Below are positions 8,625-17,724 of a DNA stretch of 64,000 nt, one piece after another. Source of the DNA: Oscillospiraceae bacterium (GTDB taxonomy: Bacteria > Bacillota_I > Bacilli_A > RFN20 > CAG-288); the NCBI GenBank assembly GCA_963654365.1, contig CAVJZP010000003.1:2984-66983 (forward strand), read 5' to 3'. The notes beneath the pieces were generated by a model, which worked only from the letters and a program-made list of their open reading frames with translations, made no database searches and was not told where the DNA came from. A program made the position numbers and the translations under genes. Position 1 is the first letter of the stretch; every line of letters starts with the position of its first letter.

Positions 8625-11600
8625 ATGAAACATATCATTTTATATCCTCTTATCAGCGTACTGACATTGAGCGTTTCTGGTGCCGGTTCCTACCTCTATC
8701 AGAAACTCACAAGAACGTCAAATACACCTACGACCGATAACACAACCGACAATGATGACGATGATGAAAGCATCTATATTCCTCCGATTGAAGAGACTGG
8801 ATTTTCAAAGATGATCAACAAACTGATGAAAGTTCAGGAAGTAAAAGCAGATAAGGCTGCTGTAACTCTCTCTACGACTGGAAATGATGACATCTATCTG
8901 AACTTCAGCAATCTCGATATCGATTTAAGCGGTGCCTTAAGCGGAGACGTTTCCTCACTGAAACTGAACGGAACGCTGAACGTCAAATACAAAGATATCA
9001 ACGAAGAGCTTTCTGTCTATTATGATACGGATATGCTCTACATCGATTACAGACAGAAATCCTTCTCCTTCTCCGCTCCGAAGACCATTGCCGGAATCAC
9101 CGGTGTCCTTTCTAAACTGAACATCAATGTCCCTACGATTCCGGATGCCGGAAGCTTCGGCGATTTATCTACAATTATGAATAACGCCTTGGAGATCTTA
9201 GATGGCGTGGAAGAAGTAAAGACCACAACAGGATATGAATACATCCTTGACTGCAACAGCTTCCTTTCTTCCTTGAACCTTCCTGTCTCTATCAAAGGTG
9301 CAAAGATTGCATTGCTCTCCGATACGGATTATAACTTCATCGGCGGCAAGACGGTCGATGAAAACGGAATCCAGGTGAATGATTCCTATGCCGTGAAGCT
9401 CGATGTAAACAATATTCAGATTGAAGACGCCTCTTCCTATAATGGATTATCAGACGATCAGAAAAAGAATTACACGGACTATACGACACGCACGACCAAC
9501 CTTGTCACTTCCATCGCTTCCTTGATGGAAAAGAAAAACTTCGTCGCTGATTTCAATGCGGATGTCAGCCTTTCTGACAATTCGATTCAGAAGCAGACAT
9601 TCCGTGGAACATTAAAAGGCGACCTTAGTTCTATCACAGAAAATGTATCAAAAGGAAAATACGAGGTTTCCTTAGATCATCTCAATAACGGAAGCCTTAG
9701 CAACAGCGTCTATGCAACTTATAGGGACAACAATATCTATGTTGCATTGAACAATCTCGTCAAGGGAAAGATTTCTTCCTCTTCCATCGAAGATCTTATC
9801 CGCGTCATCTCATCTGAGATCAATACGGATGATATGCCTGACATCGCCACTAGCCTCAATAGCATCATTGAAGGCACTGACTTGCAAAAATTATTGAACG
9901 GAGACCTCTCTGTCTACAAGAACTTCCTCAGCGACTTCGAGTCGACGACAAATGGTTTCACACTTTCCATCAATGCAAAGGCCTTTGGCTTAGGAGACTA
10001 CATCCTGAAGATCACATTGGACGACACTTCTGCCACTGTCTCGGATGGATTCAAGATCACCATTGAAAATTTCAATTACAACAATATCCATCTCGACTTC
10101 AGCATCGACGTCAGACCAGTGGACCATATCTCCTTCCAGTATACGGACACGGAATTCGCTTCGTTCAAAGACTACCATGGAATCCTTTCCATCTTCAACA
10201 CTGTCACAAAACTCGCCGATGAGCGCAAGCTGAATACGACCTATTCCTTCAATCTACAGAATACAGCAGAAGGCACGAACTATCTTGCTAGCGGTGAAAT
10301 CTCTGCGGATGTCACTTCCCTCTCCTTGGATTCCGGAAACAATTATTATGGCGATTACCGCCTGACGATGAATACGAATCTGAACGGTTATGATCACACT
10401 CTTGATTTCGTCTATCAGGATCACGACCTCTACTTGCAGATGGATAACTTCTTCAAGCAGAAGATGTCCGATAGCGAAGTCGGTTCTATCTACGACCTTC
10501 TCAACAAAGACAAGGAAAACACGTCCAAGGCGTTTGATGGCATGAACACTGTCATCTACTCCATCATCGATGAAGTGAAAAGCAGTTACTCTCTTAAAGT
10601 CATCGAAAACTACTTCACATTGGATAAAGAGAATGTGGATTCCAATGTTCTGAGACTCGATATCAATCTTCCTCTCTTCTTCGAAGGATCCACATTGGCT
10701 GAGAATATTTCTAGCCTTTCTCTCTATGTCAACACGGATGATGACTCCATCACTTCCGTCTCTTGCAAAGGATTTGAGATCAATAACAAATACAAATTGG
10801 ATTTCACCCTGAATCTTCAGGATGAATACAAAGACTTCCATCTGACAGAGGATGAGGCAAAGTACTATACGGAAATCACTTCTGCCAGCAAGATCATCAA
10901 CGGATTCTATTCGCTTCCTACCGATCTCAAACAGTTCTCTGTGAACCTAAACGGTGAGATCAAGAAGAAAGATGATAATGATCAGTATCGGTCTTATCTT
11001 GGCCTGTACGGTGACGCTCAGGTAGACATCACCGACAAAGACAGTCCGGATGTCGGTGGCACCCTCCATCTCTTGCAGCAGCCTGACAGTTACGAAAAAG
11101 AGACAGACCACAAGATCGATTACCTCTATTCCGGCACCCATACTGCCGGACAGACTGTCGCTCAGTATACATCCAAAGATACGGATGCGAACAATGACTC
11201 CGGTACGACAAGCCTTGTCATGAACAACACTGACCTGTTCTCCATCTATGACCGCGTCACATCACTGAAAGACAACAAGACAAATCTTCTCTATCGTTAT
11301 CTGAAAGCTTACTTCGATACGACCGAGAAAGTAGTCACTGGACTTCCGATCCTCGATGCCATCAAGAACAAGGACTACACCATCCTCTTAAATGATTACA
11401 TCAAGCAAGTCGAAATCCAAGACAAGACTGTCACGTTGAAGCTTGCTTCCTCTATCCTCGACAGCGAAGATACCACAGACAATATCGATACAATCATTGT
11501 CACATTCGATGACAACTATATAATCAATAAGGCAGAGATTGACGGATATTATGACGGATATACGCTTCATGCCGAAATCAATCTCGGCGATTACGATGAA

Positions 11601-12635
11601 AGCGCAAAGCCGACAATCGAATACAACGACAACACGAAAGCAAACTTCGTCGATGTCCACGGATTCGATACCTTGGTCAACTGCGGCATCACAACGACAA
11701 ACCATCACTTCTTCGATTTAAGCGGAAGCATGAATCTGAATGCTTATATCCCAGGAATAAAATATTTCTCGGAAATAAACCTGAACACATATTATCAGGT
11801 CTATGTCTCTATCGTTGATTCCACAGTCAAAGCTTACCTTTCTTTCAAGAGCAGTTCCTCTTCCACGATTGACAGTGCAAACTTCTATGGCGTTGAATTC
11901 TTCGTTGAGAACGAATTCGTTCTCTCCGAAAGAACAACGACGGATAGCAAGAAGAACAAGAAAGTCGAGCTTTACAAACTCACTCCAAAAGAGATCACTG
12001 ACAATATCGCATACTATCTCTTGAGTTATATTCTCAACATCGAAAGTATCACCGTTTCGACTTTTAAGGCAGGTTACATCACACTTGAGAAGGTCCTTGA
12101 CGCTACAAAAGAGACCAGTGATGATTCCTCAGTCGTCATCAACCACAATTATTCCTCTCTCATCGATAAAGCGGTTTTGAGTGAGAACGAAGACGGCAGC
12201 GGTTCAATGAATCTGACTTGTTCTTTAGGAAAGGTTATCTCACTCCCTGTCCTGAGTTTCTCCGATCAGGGAACCAATATCAGCATCGGATACAATTCTG
12301 ATATGGAACTGACCAGCCTCAACATGTCGGTCAAATTCTCTATCGCTAACATAATGTATGGAACATTGACCTTCAATGCGACACGTAACAACATTTGTCT
12401 CGGCGATGCAGAAGATGCTATTCGTGATGAGAAGATGGCTAGATACAACACCTTCCTGAACGCCTATAATAACAACAGCGACTATGTGAACTTAGCTGAT
12501 TATCAATACGTTGACTATACCTTTACCACAAATTGGTTAGGCATTACCAGTGGCGGTTCCGTAGTAGATAACGGAGCCAAGTTGACTCTCAGCTATTCGG
12601 ATTCTACGAAGAACTATTTCTTCGGCGTAATCTAA
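8625..12635 (+). CDS. Very large (1336 aa) membrane-anchored surface protein, function unknown
   Basis: The ORF is long and uninterrupted. It has an N-terminal signal anchor and an N/D/S/T-rich ectodomain with recurring motifs of the L-N-N-L-V-K-G-K / F-F-K-Q-K-M-S-D type. AAGGAG lies upstream. Confidence 0.75.
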   Translation: MKHIILYPLISVLTLSVSGAGSYLYQKLTRTSNTPTTDNTTDNDDDDESIYIPPIEETGFSKMINKLMKVQEVKADKAAVTLSTTGNDDIYLNFSNLDIDLSGALSGDVSSLKLNGTLNVKYKDINEELSVYYDTDMLYIDYRQKSFSFSAPKTIAGITGVLSKLNINVPTIPDAGSFGDLSTIMNNALEILDGVEEVKTTTGYEYILDCNSFLSSLNLPVSIKGAKIALLSDTDYNFIGGKTVDENGIQVNDSYAVKLDVNNIQIEDASSYNGLSDDQKKNYTDYTTRTTNLVTSIASLMEKKNFVADFNADVSLSDNSIQKQTFRGTLKGDLSSITENVSKGKYEVSLDHLNNGSLSNSVYATYRDNNIYVALNNLVKGKISSSSIEDLIRVISSEINTDDMPDIATSLNSIIEGTDLQKLLNGDLSVYKNFLSDFESTTNGFTLSINAKAFGLGDYILKITLDDTSATVSDGFKITIENFNYNNIHLDFSIDVRPVDHISFQYTDTEFASFKDYHGILSIFNTVTKLADERKLNTTYSFNLQNTAEGTNYLASGEISADVTSLSLDSGNNYYGDYRLTMNTNLNGYDHTLDFVYQDHDLYLQMDNFFKQKMSDSEVGSIYDLLNKDKENTSKAFDGMNTVIYSIIDEVKSSYSLKVIENYFTLDKENVDSNVLRLDINLPLFFEGSTLAENISSLSLYVNTDDDSITSVSCKGFEINNKYKLDFTLNLQDEYKDFHLTEDEAKYYTEITSASKIINGFYSLPTDLKQFSVNLNGEIKKKDDNDQYRSYLGLYGDAQVDITDKDSPDVGGTLHLLQQPDSYEKETDHKIDYLYSGTHTAGQTVAQYTSKDTDANNDSGTTSLVMNNTDLFSIYDRVTSLKDNKTNLLYRYLKAYFDTTEKVVTGLPILDAIKNKDYTILLNDYIKQVEIQDKTVTLKLASSILDSEDTTDNIDTIIVTFDDNYIINKAEIDGYYDGYTLHAEINLGDYDESAKPTIEYNDNTKANFVDVHGFDTLVNCGITTTNHHFFDLSGSMNLNAYIPGIKYFSEINLNTYYQVYVSIVDSTVKAYLSFKSSSSSTIDSANFYGVEFFVENEFVLSERTTTDSKKNKKVELYKLTPKEITDNIAYYLLSYILNIESITVSTFKAGYITLEKVLDATKETSDDSSVVINHNYSSLIDKAVLSENEDGSGSMNLTCSLGKVISLPVLSFSDQGTNISIGYNSDMELTSLNMSVKFSIANIMYGTLTFNATRNNICLGDAEDAIRDEKMARYNTFLNAYNNNSDYVNLADYQYVDYTFTTNWLGITSGGSVVDNGAKLTLSYSDSTKNYFFGVI

Positions 12636-12642
12636 GCAAAAT

Positions 12643-12685
12643 AAAACCGGAAGTCAAATCAACGATGGCTTCCGGTTTTTGTTTT
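12643..12685 (+). terminator. Rho-independent terminator of the envelope operon
   Basis: Hairpin ACCGGAAG-15 nt-CTTCCGGT followed by TTTTTGTTTT. Confidence 0.75.
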
Positions 12686-12699
12686 AAGCGATATTCAGA

Positions 12700-12730
12700 A
12701 AAAATAGAAAAAGCTATCCGTTAGGATAGC
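12700..12730 (-). terminator. Rho-independent terminator of the small basic-protein gene
   Basis: Hairpin GCTATCC-taac-GGATAGC followed by a T-run on the minus strand. Confidence 0.55.
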
Positions 12731-12755
12731 AGATTCTTGATGGAATTCAGATGAT

Positions 12756-12902
12756 TTACTTTGCTTCCAAAGCAGCGGCCTTAGCAGCTTTCTTGGCAGC
12801 TTTATTCTTAGCTTCGGACTTCTGTTCCTTGGCTAATCTCTTTTTTCTTCTGACGGCCCATTCATCTGCAAAGCCTCTGGCTTCAAATCTTTTCTTTCCC
12901 AT
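12756..12902 (-). CDS. Small (48 aa) highly basic Lys/Ala-rich protein, unannotated in the >=60-aa ORF track
   Basis: The predicted product is MGKKRFEARGFADEWAVRRKKRLAKEQKSEAKNKAAKKAAKAAALEAK. It has its own TATAAT box, a GAGG Shine-Dalgarno and a terminator. The frame was resolved by assuming a one-base print offset at 12900/12901, which ORF 12926..13165 in the track supports. Confidence 0.45.
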   Translation of the reverse strand: MGKKRFEARGFADEWAVRRKKRLAKEQKSEAKNKAAKKAAKAAALEAK

Positions 12903-12968
12903 AGTAAATATACCTCACTGATATAATGCTAAATAATTATAGCGAAAAATCCTATTTTTTCAAGTGTT

Positions 12969-13238
12969 TTATTGCTTCCAGGAGTAATACTCTTCATCTT
13001 TTTTCATATCGACTGCTTCTTCCTCATTTTCGGAATCGATTTCAAAGAGACAGTCATGGTAGATTTCCTGGAAGGAATATTCATTCAGCGTCAGAAAATG
13101 CTCTTCGCCGAAGACTAGTATTTTCTCTTGGCTATAGGAGAAATGGACTTCTCTTTTATCGATGATGCTTCTCAGATGATATCCGGCTTTGAGATAGGAT
13201 AGCGCCTGTCTCTGATTTATCTTGTCATTTTGTATCAT
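12969..13238 (-). CDS. Hypothetical acidic protein (89 aa)
   Basis: The ORF shows a coding-like composition and has no recognisable motif. Confidence 0.5.
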   Translation of the reverse strand: MIQNDKINQRQALSYLKAGYHLRSIIDKREVHFSYSQEKILVFGEEHFLTLNEYSFQEIYHDCLFEIDSENEEEAVDMKKDEEYYSWKQ

Positions 13239-13289
13239 GTTCTTTCAAATCTCGCTATAATGATACTCGAATAGGAGAGACAATTCTAT

Positions 13290-13766
13290 ATGGACTACAT
13301 TCAATCGATGCGAAAATATATCGGACATGACCCTCTTCTCTCTGTCGGCGTCTGTTCCATTATCGAGAACGAAAAGGGAGAAATCCTATTAGAGAAGCGC
13401 CATGACAACGGAATGTACTGTCTTCCCGGCGGTGCGATAGAACTCAACGAGACCGTCTCTGATGCGCTGAGAAGAGAGATTTACGAAGAGACTGGCATTA
13501 CCCTCAACAATCCAAAACTTTTGATGGTACTTTCTGGTGAAAAGGAGATCTTCTATTACCCTAACGGAGATGTCACCCATTATGTCGATTTCATCTTCTA
13601 TGATAAAATAAAAGAAGGTGAAAGAATCCAGCCGCATGACAAAGAGTCGGATTCCATCGCATTCTATCCGTTGGATTCTCTTCCGGAAGATTCCCAGTAT
13701 CTTCGCGGAACAAAAAGAATCCTAGAGAAATACAGAGAGAAAGACTACACCATCATCGTAGACTAG
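13290..13766 (+). CDS. NUDIX hydrolase
   Basis: It contains the Nudix box GGAIELNETVSDALRREIYEETGI. Confidence 0.85.
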   Translation: MDYIQSMRKYIGHDPLLSVGVCSIIENEKGEILLEKRHDNGMYCLPGGAIELNETVSDALRREIYEETGITLNNPKLLMVLSGEKEIFYYPNGDVTHYVDFIFYDKIKEGERIQPHDKESDSIAFYPLDSLPEDSQYLRGTKRILEKYREKDYTIIVD

Positions 13767-13779
13767 AAAGGACAATAAG

Positions 13780-14130
13780 ATGAGCGACAAAATCAATTTC
13801 AACCAATATCAGAAGGAAGCCTATGATCTGATCAGTGAAGACGGAAAGAAGGACATGGTCCTCAATGGTGTCCTCGGCTTGGCAGGGGAAAGCGGTGAAT
13901 GCTGCGACATCGTCAAGAAAAACCGTTTCCAAGGGCATGAGCTGAACAAAGCGCATCTCATGGAGGAATTGGGTGATGTTCTCTGGTACATTGCAGAGAC
14001 GGCATCCGGTCTTGACGTCACCTTGGAAGAGGTGGCACAATATAACCTCGACAAGCTGCATAAGAGATATCACGGAAATCATTTCAACAAGGAAGACAGC
14101 ATCCACAGAAATGAAGAGAAGAAAGACTGA
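13780..14130 (+). CDS. MazG-like nucleotide pyrophosphohydrolase (YpjD type)
   Basis: It has the EExxE/D-type motifs LAGESGECCDIVKK and EELGDVLWY. Confidence 0.8.
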   Translation: MSDKINFNQYQKEAYDLISEDGKKDMVLNGVLGLAGESGECCDIVKKNRFQGHELNKAHLMEELGDVLWYIAETASGLDVTLEEVAQYNLDKLHKRYHGNHFNKEDSIHRNEEKKD

Positions 14131-14140
14131 GGACTGATTC

Positions 14141-14659
14141 ATGGATAAAACATGGTGGATCTATATTGTTGTCATCGTCGGTGTCATCGCTTTGTATCTC
14201 ATCTCCGGTGCCATCGTTCATTTCCTGATGAAAGGTGCAAAGAAGAAAGCATATGCAGAACTAGAGAAGGTCATCCCATACGAGAAGGAACGTTTCGATG
14301 AGATTTCCTCTTCCATTCACACGATGCAGGATGATGGGCGTTTCCTTCCGAAGAATATGATCGAATGTCTCAATACAATCGATGAGTCCTTCAAAAAGGT
14401 TCCTGTCGACGTCTCCTCTGTCAAGAATCAGAACGATTTCCTGATTCTGTATATCCGAAAATACCTATCTGAGAAACGTATTGTCGAAAAGTACAAGAGC
14501 ATCGATGAGAAGCTGGAAAAACTACTCTTCCTTGATCCTTCCTCCAAGAGTTCTCCCTATCACACCTACAACAAAAAAGCGGCCCATTATAACGCCTATC
14601 TCGGCATGGGCATCTTCAATATCTTCCGCGGAAACAATACCGCCGCACCGATCCTGTAA
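14141..14659 (+). CDS. Membrane-anchored protein, possibly LemA family
   Basis: It has an N-terminal TM helix. The C-terminal YNKKAAHYNAYLGMGIFNIF resembles the LemA YN..V..YN...FP motif. Confidence 0.45.
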   Translation: MDKTWWIYIVVIVGVIALYLISGAIVHFLMKGAKKKAYAELEKVIPYEKERFDEISSSIHTMQDDGRFLPKNMIECLNTIDESFKKVPVDVSSVKNQNDFLILYIRKYLSEKRIVEKYKSIDEKLEKLLFLDPSSKSSPYHTYNKKAAHYNAYLGMGIFNIFRGNNTAAPIL

Positions 14660-14694
14660 CGTAGAGAAACAAGAAAGGAGTCGATACTACTATT

Positions 14695-15354
14695 ATGGTT
14701 TTATTTATTGATACAGCGAATCTTGATGAGATTAAGGAAGCTGCCACTTGGGGATTTGTAAAGGGTGTCACCACAAATCCATCTCTGATTGCAAAGGAAG
14801 GACTGACACAGAAGGATGTCATCACACAGATCACGAAACTGATCGATGGCCCGATCTCTGCCGAAGTCACAAAGGAAGACTATGATGGAATGATTCAGCA
14901 GGCAGAAGAACTTTACGCCATCGATCCGAAGCATATCGTCATCAAGCTTCCGATGACCATTCCTGGACTTCAGGTCTGCAAAGCTCTCTATGAAAAGCAT
15001 ATCCCGACCAACGTCACCTTATGCTTCTCCTCTGCACAGGCGTTACTAGCTATGGAGAATCACGCAACCTATGTCTCCCCGTTCTTAGGCCGTCTTGACG
15101 ACAATGGCTGGGACAGCATAAAACTGATTGAAGACATTGTCAGATTCAAAGCCAACTTCGGATACGAAACCAAAATCATTTCCGCTTCGATCCGTTCCAA
15201 AGCGCATGTCGAAAACTGTGCACTTGCTGGTGCTGACATCGCTACCGTTCCATATAAGGTCCTCAAATCCCTGATCGAGCATCCTCTGACAGAGAAAGGA
15301 TTGGATTCCTTCAGAAAAGACGCCTTGAAGACAGCAAGCCTCGAAAAGAAATAA
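14695..15354 (+). CDS. tal: Transaldolase / fructose-6-phosphate aldolase (TalC/Fsa subfamily), housekeeping copy
   Basis: It contains FIDTANLDEI, GVTTNPSL and the Schiff-base Lys motif VIKLPMT, in a 219-aa product. Confidence 0.85.
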   Translation: MVLFIDTANLDEIKEAATWGFVKGVTTNPSLIAKEGLTQKDVITQITKLIDGPISAEVTKEDYDGMIQQAEELYAIDPKHIVIKLPMTIPGLQVCKALYEKHIPTNVTLCFSSAQALLAMENHATYVSPFLGRLDDNGWDSIKLIEDIVRFKANFGYETKIISASIRSKAHVENCALAGADIATVPYKVLKSLIEHPLTEKGLDSFRKDALKTASLEKK

Positions 15355-15367
15355 TATAAAAACAGAC

Positions 15368-15397
15368 AAAAAGCAGGGTATAGCGCCCTGCTTTTTC
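15368..15397. terminator. Bidirectional rho-independent terminator between convergent genes
   Basis: Hairpin AGCAGGG-tatagcg-CCCTGCT flanked by an A-run and a T-run. Confidence 0.75.
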
Positions 15398-15400
15398 CGT

Positions 15401-16948
15401 TCATCGATAATCGGTTGCGTAATAAGTTTTTGTCTCAGAAGACTTAAGATAATCGATCATGACATCGAGGATATACGGGTTCTCACTGCGAAGGTCATAC
15501 TGTGTCGCATTACCGAATGCCTTCTTTCCGTAGTATCCTTCGGATACATAATCGATGGTCACAACATCATAGGTGACACTGGAAGAGAAAGCGACATCGG
15601 TTTCCCTCATATAGGCGTAATATCCAGTGGAATAGGTTCCCTCTACATCACCGATCAAAGAGGAGAGTTTTGAACCAGAGACATTCTTGATGATCTTGAC
15701 TTTGTTCTCAAACGGTTCGACTTTGAAGAGTTTCTCCCTCGTCAGCTTGCCGGATGAAATATTGCTTCGGATACCGGCAAGATTATGAATTGCAATCAGT
15801 TCATTGGTTCCTTTGTATCCGTACTCAATCGCCTGTTTGAGCATGATCTGAGGAACAAACTTGTTGAGCTCATATCCCCTTCTGAAATCACCGACGAGTT
15901 CACAGATCTCCTCTGAGCCGTTGTATTTATTTTCTGCCGTCTCGATCTTCGTGACTATATCCTGATTGAGAAGAGAGGTATCCACATTGTAGTTTCCAGA
16001 ATGGAACGCCTTGACATACGAGTGCTCAATCGCCTTCTTGTTCTTGACGGAAAAACTCATCTTCGTATAGCCTTTTGTATTGCTTCCACCCTGGACAAAC
16101 GGAATCTTATTCGTTCCTAACTCTGTCGATTCAAAAACGTGCGTATGCGCACCGAAGATTCCCTGAATCTGTGTGGTATCAAAAGTATTTGCAATAGAAT
16201 TGACATATCCGGATTTTGCCGTGTAGGAGTCATGCGCCGCGAGAATGACAAGGTCACATCCTTCTCCAGTAAGATAGTTGACCTCATCCTGTATCAGGCT
16301 GACCCGACTATCAAAGGAATAGCCGGCCAAGGAACTGGTGGAGATGGAACTTTCCAGTCCGCTTCCCATGACACCGACGATACCAACTTTAACATTGCCT
16401 TTCGTGATGATGGTGGAATTGTCGGAAAGCTCATTGGTATGAGCACCGTTCGGTGTTTTGATGTTACAGGCCAAGAACGGGAAGGATGCTTTTGCCTTGA
16501 GGTCCTTGATGGTATCGATACCCCAGTCGAATTCATGATTTCCTAAGCACATGGCCTCAACGCCCATGTCAGCAAGAAGCTCATCTGTCAATGTCTTTTC
16601 CTTATAGGCAAGGTAACCTCCCTGCCAGGAATCTCCAATTGAGATGATGATGCTTGTCGTTGGATCATAATCGACGTCATGCTTGATGGCATAATCCAGT
16701 TTGGCAAGACCTAATTCCCCTTCATCCGCATTCTCTTGTAAAGAGCCGTGAACATCATTGACGGCAAAGACGGTGATAAGTTCGGCTTTCTCGACGGAAT
16801 CCGACTGCTTGGACGAAGTCTCTTCCGATGCTTTCTTATCCGACTCCGTAGAGGTAGACGAATTGCTGCTAAAGCCATTTATAACAAGGTCACAGCTGAC
16901 CAAAGGCAGGAAGAGAGGAAGTATAAACAGAATGTGTTTTGATTTCAT
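15401..16948 (-). CDS. Lipoprotein 5'-nucleotidase / metallophosphoesterase (UshA family)
   Basis: It has the lipobox LPLVSC. Metallophosphatase motifs are VNDVHG, GDSWQG and GNHEFD, and a C-terminal 5'-nucleotidase domain is present. Confidence 0.85.
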   Translation of the reverse strand: MKSKHILFILPLFLPLVSCDLVINGFSSNSSTSTESDKKASEETSSKQSDSVEKAELITVFAVNDVHGSLQENADEGELGLAKLDYAIKHDVDYDPTTSIIISIGDSWQGGYLAYKEKTLTDELLADMGVEAMCLGNHEFDWGIDTIKDLKAKASFPFLACNIKTPNGAHTNELSDNSTIITKGNVKVGIVGVMGSGLESSISTSSLAGYSFDSRVSLIQDEVNYLTGEGCDLVILAAHDSYTAKSGYVNSIANTFDTTQIQGIFGAHTHVFESTELGTNKIPFVQGGSNTKGYTKMSFSVKNKKAIEHSYVKAFHSGNYNVDTSLLNQDIVTKIETAENKYNGSEEICELVGDFRRGYELNKFVPQIMLKQAIEYGYKGTNELIAIHNLAGIRSNISSGKLTREKLFKVEPFENKVKIIKNVSGSKLSSLIGDVEGTYSTGYYAYMRETDVAFSSSVTYDVVTIDYVSEGYYGKKAFGNATQYDLRSENPYILDVMIDYLKSSETKTYYATDYR

Positions 16949-17724
16949 AAGAGTATCTCCATCGTTTCTTTTCTATTGAACATACAGTATCCATCTAAAT
17001 TATAGACATTTTTCCGATTGTAGACAAAAGGCTGTTTCTTCGTATCTACGAATATGCCACCTGCTTCCTGAATAAGGAGATTCGGAGCACAGATGTCCCA
17101 CTCCTTTGTCATCTTGGTATATCTCACGCAGCAATCCGCATCACCTGAGGCGATAGCAACCGCTTTTGTTGAAGCGCCAAGAGGTACAACCTCTTTGATG
17201 ATATCTCGGTTTTTATCGATTAGTTCTCTATCCTTTTCCGAGACATGTGTCTTAGATACTAAGAAAATGAGATTGTTTGTCTTATCGGATGTATGAAGAG
17301 GGACTGACTTCTCTCCATCAAGATAATAGGCTCCTTTTCCTTTGACAGCATAATAGATCTTATCCTGTGCAGGAATGGCAATCACGGACAAGACCGGCTT
17401 CTTATCGACGACCAATGCGATATTGACACCGAAGGAATCGTCTTTGTCCACAAAGTCGGATGTGCCATCGAGCGGATCGACAACAAAGAGCATTCGTTTA
17501 TCTAACCTTGTCAAGTCGTCAGCGTCTTCCTCGCTGAGCCATCCGATATCCGTAAAAGGGGAAAGCGTCTTGCGGATGATACCATTGGATGCGATATCAG
17601 CATCAGTGACAGGAGAGAAATCCTCCTTCTCGGATACATGGAAGCCTTTCCGATAGATGTCCATGATTTCCTTGCTGGATTTCTTTGCAGCAAGGATCAT
17701 GGCATTCAGTTCTTTCTCAAACAT
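16945..17724 (-). CDS. Inositol monophosphatase family / CysQ-like 3'(2'),5'-bisphosphate nucleotidase
   Basis: It has the motifs WLSEEDADD and VVDPLDGTSDF. Its start overlaps the nrnA stop and its stop overlaps the next start. Confidence 0.75.
   Translation of the reverse strand: MFEKELNAMILAAKKSSKEIMDIYRKGFHVSEKEDFSPVTDADIASNGIIRKTLSPFTDIGWLSEEDADDLTRLDKRMLFVVDPLDGTSDFVDKDDSFGVNIALVVDKKPVLSVIAIPAQDKIYYAVKGKGAYYLDGEKSVPLHTSDKTNNLIFLVSKTHVSEKDRELIDKNRDIIKEVVPLGASTKAVAIASGDADCCVRYTKMTKEWDICAPNLLIQEAGGIFVDTKKQPFVYNRKNVYNLDGYCMFNRKETMEILL

Noticed and set aside
12900-12901. There is an apparent +1 frameshift directly after the ATG of the 48-aa basic ORF. The printed sequence reads ATGGGGAAAGAAAAGATTTGA.
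   Set aside because: The ORF-track entry 12926..13165 and its protein need the printed line starting at 12901 to be shifted by one base. That means an extra first base and a missing last T. With that correction the small ORF is intact. I treat this as a print or reading offset, not biology.
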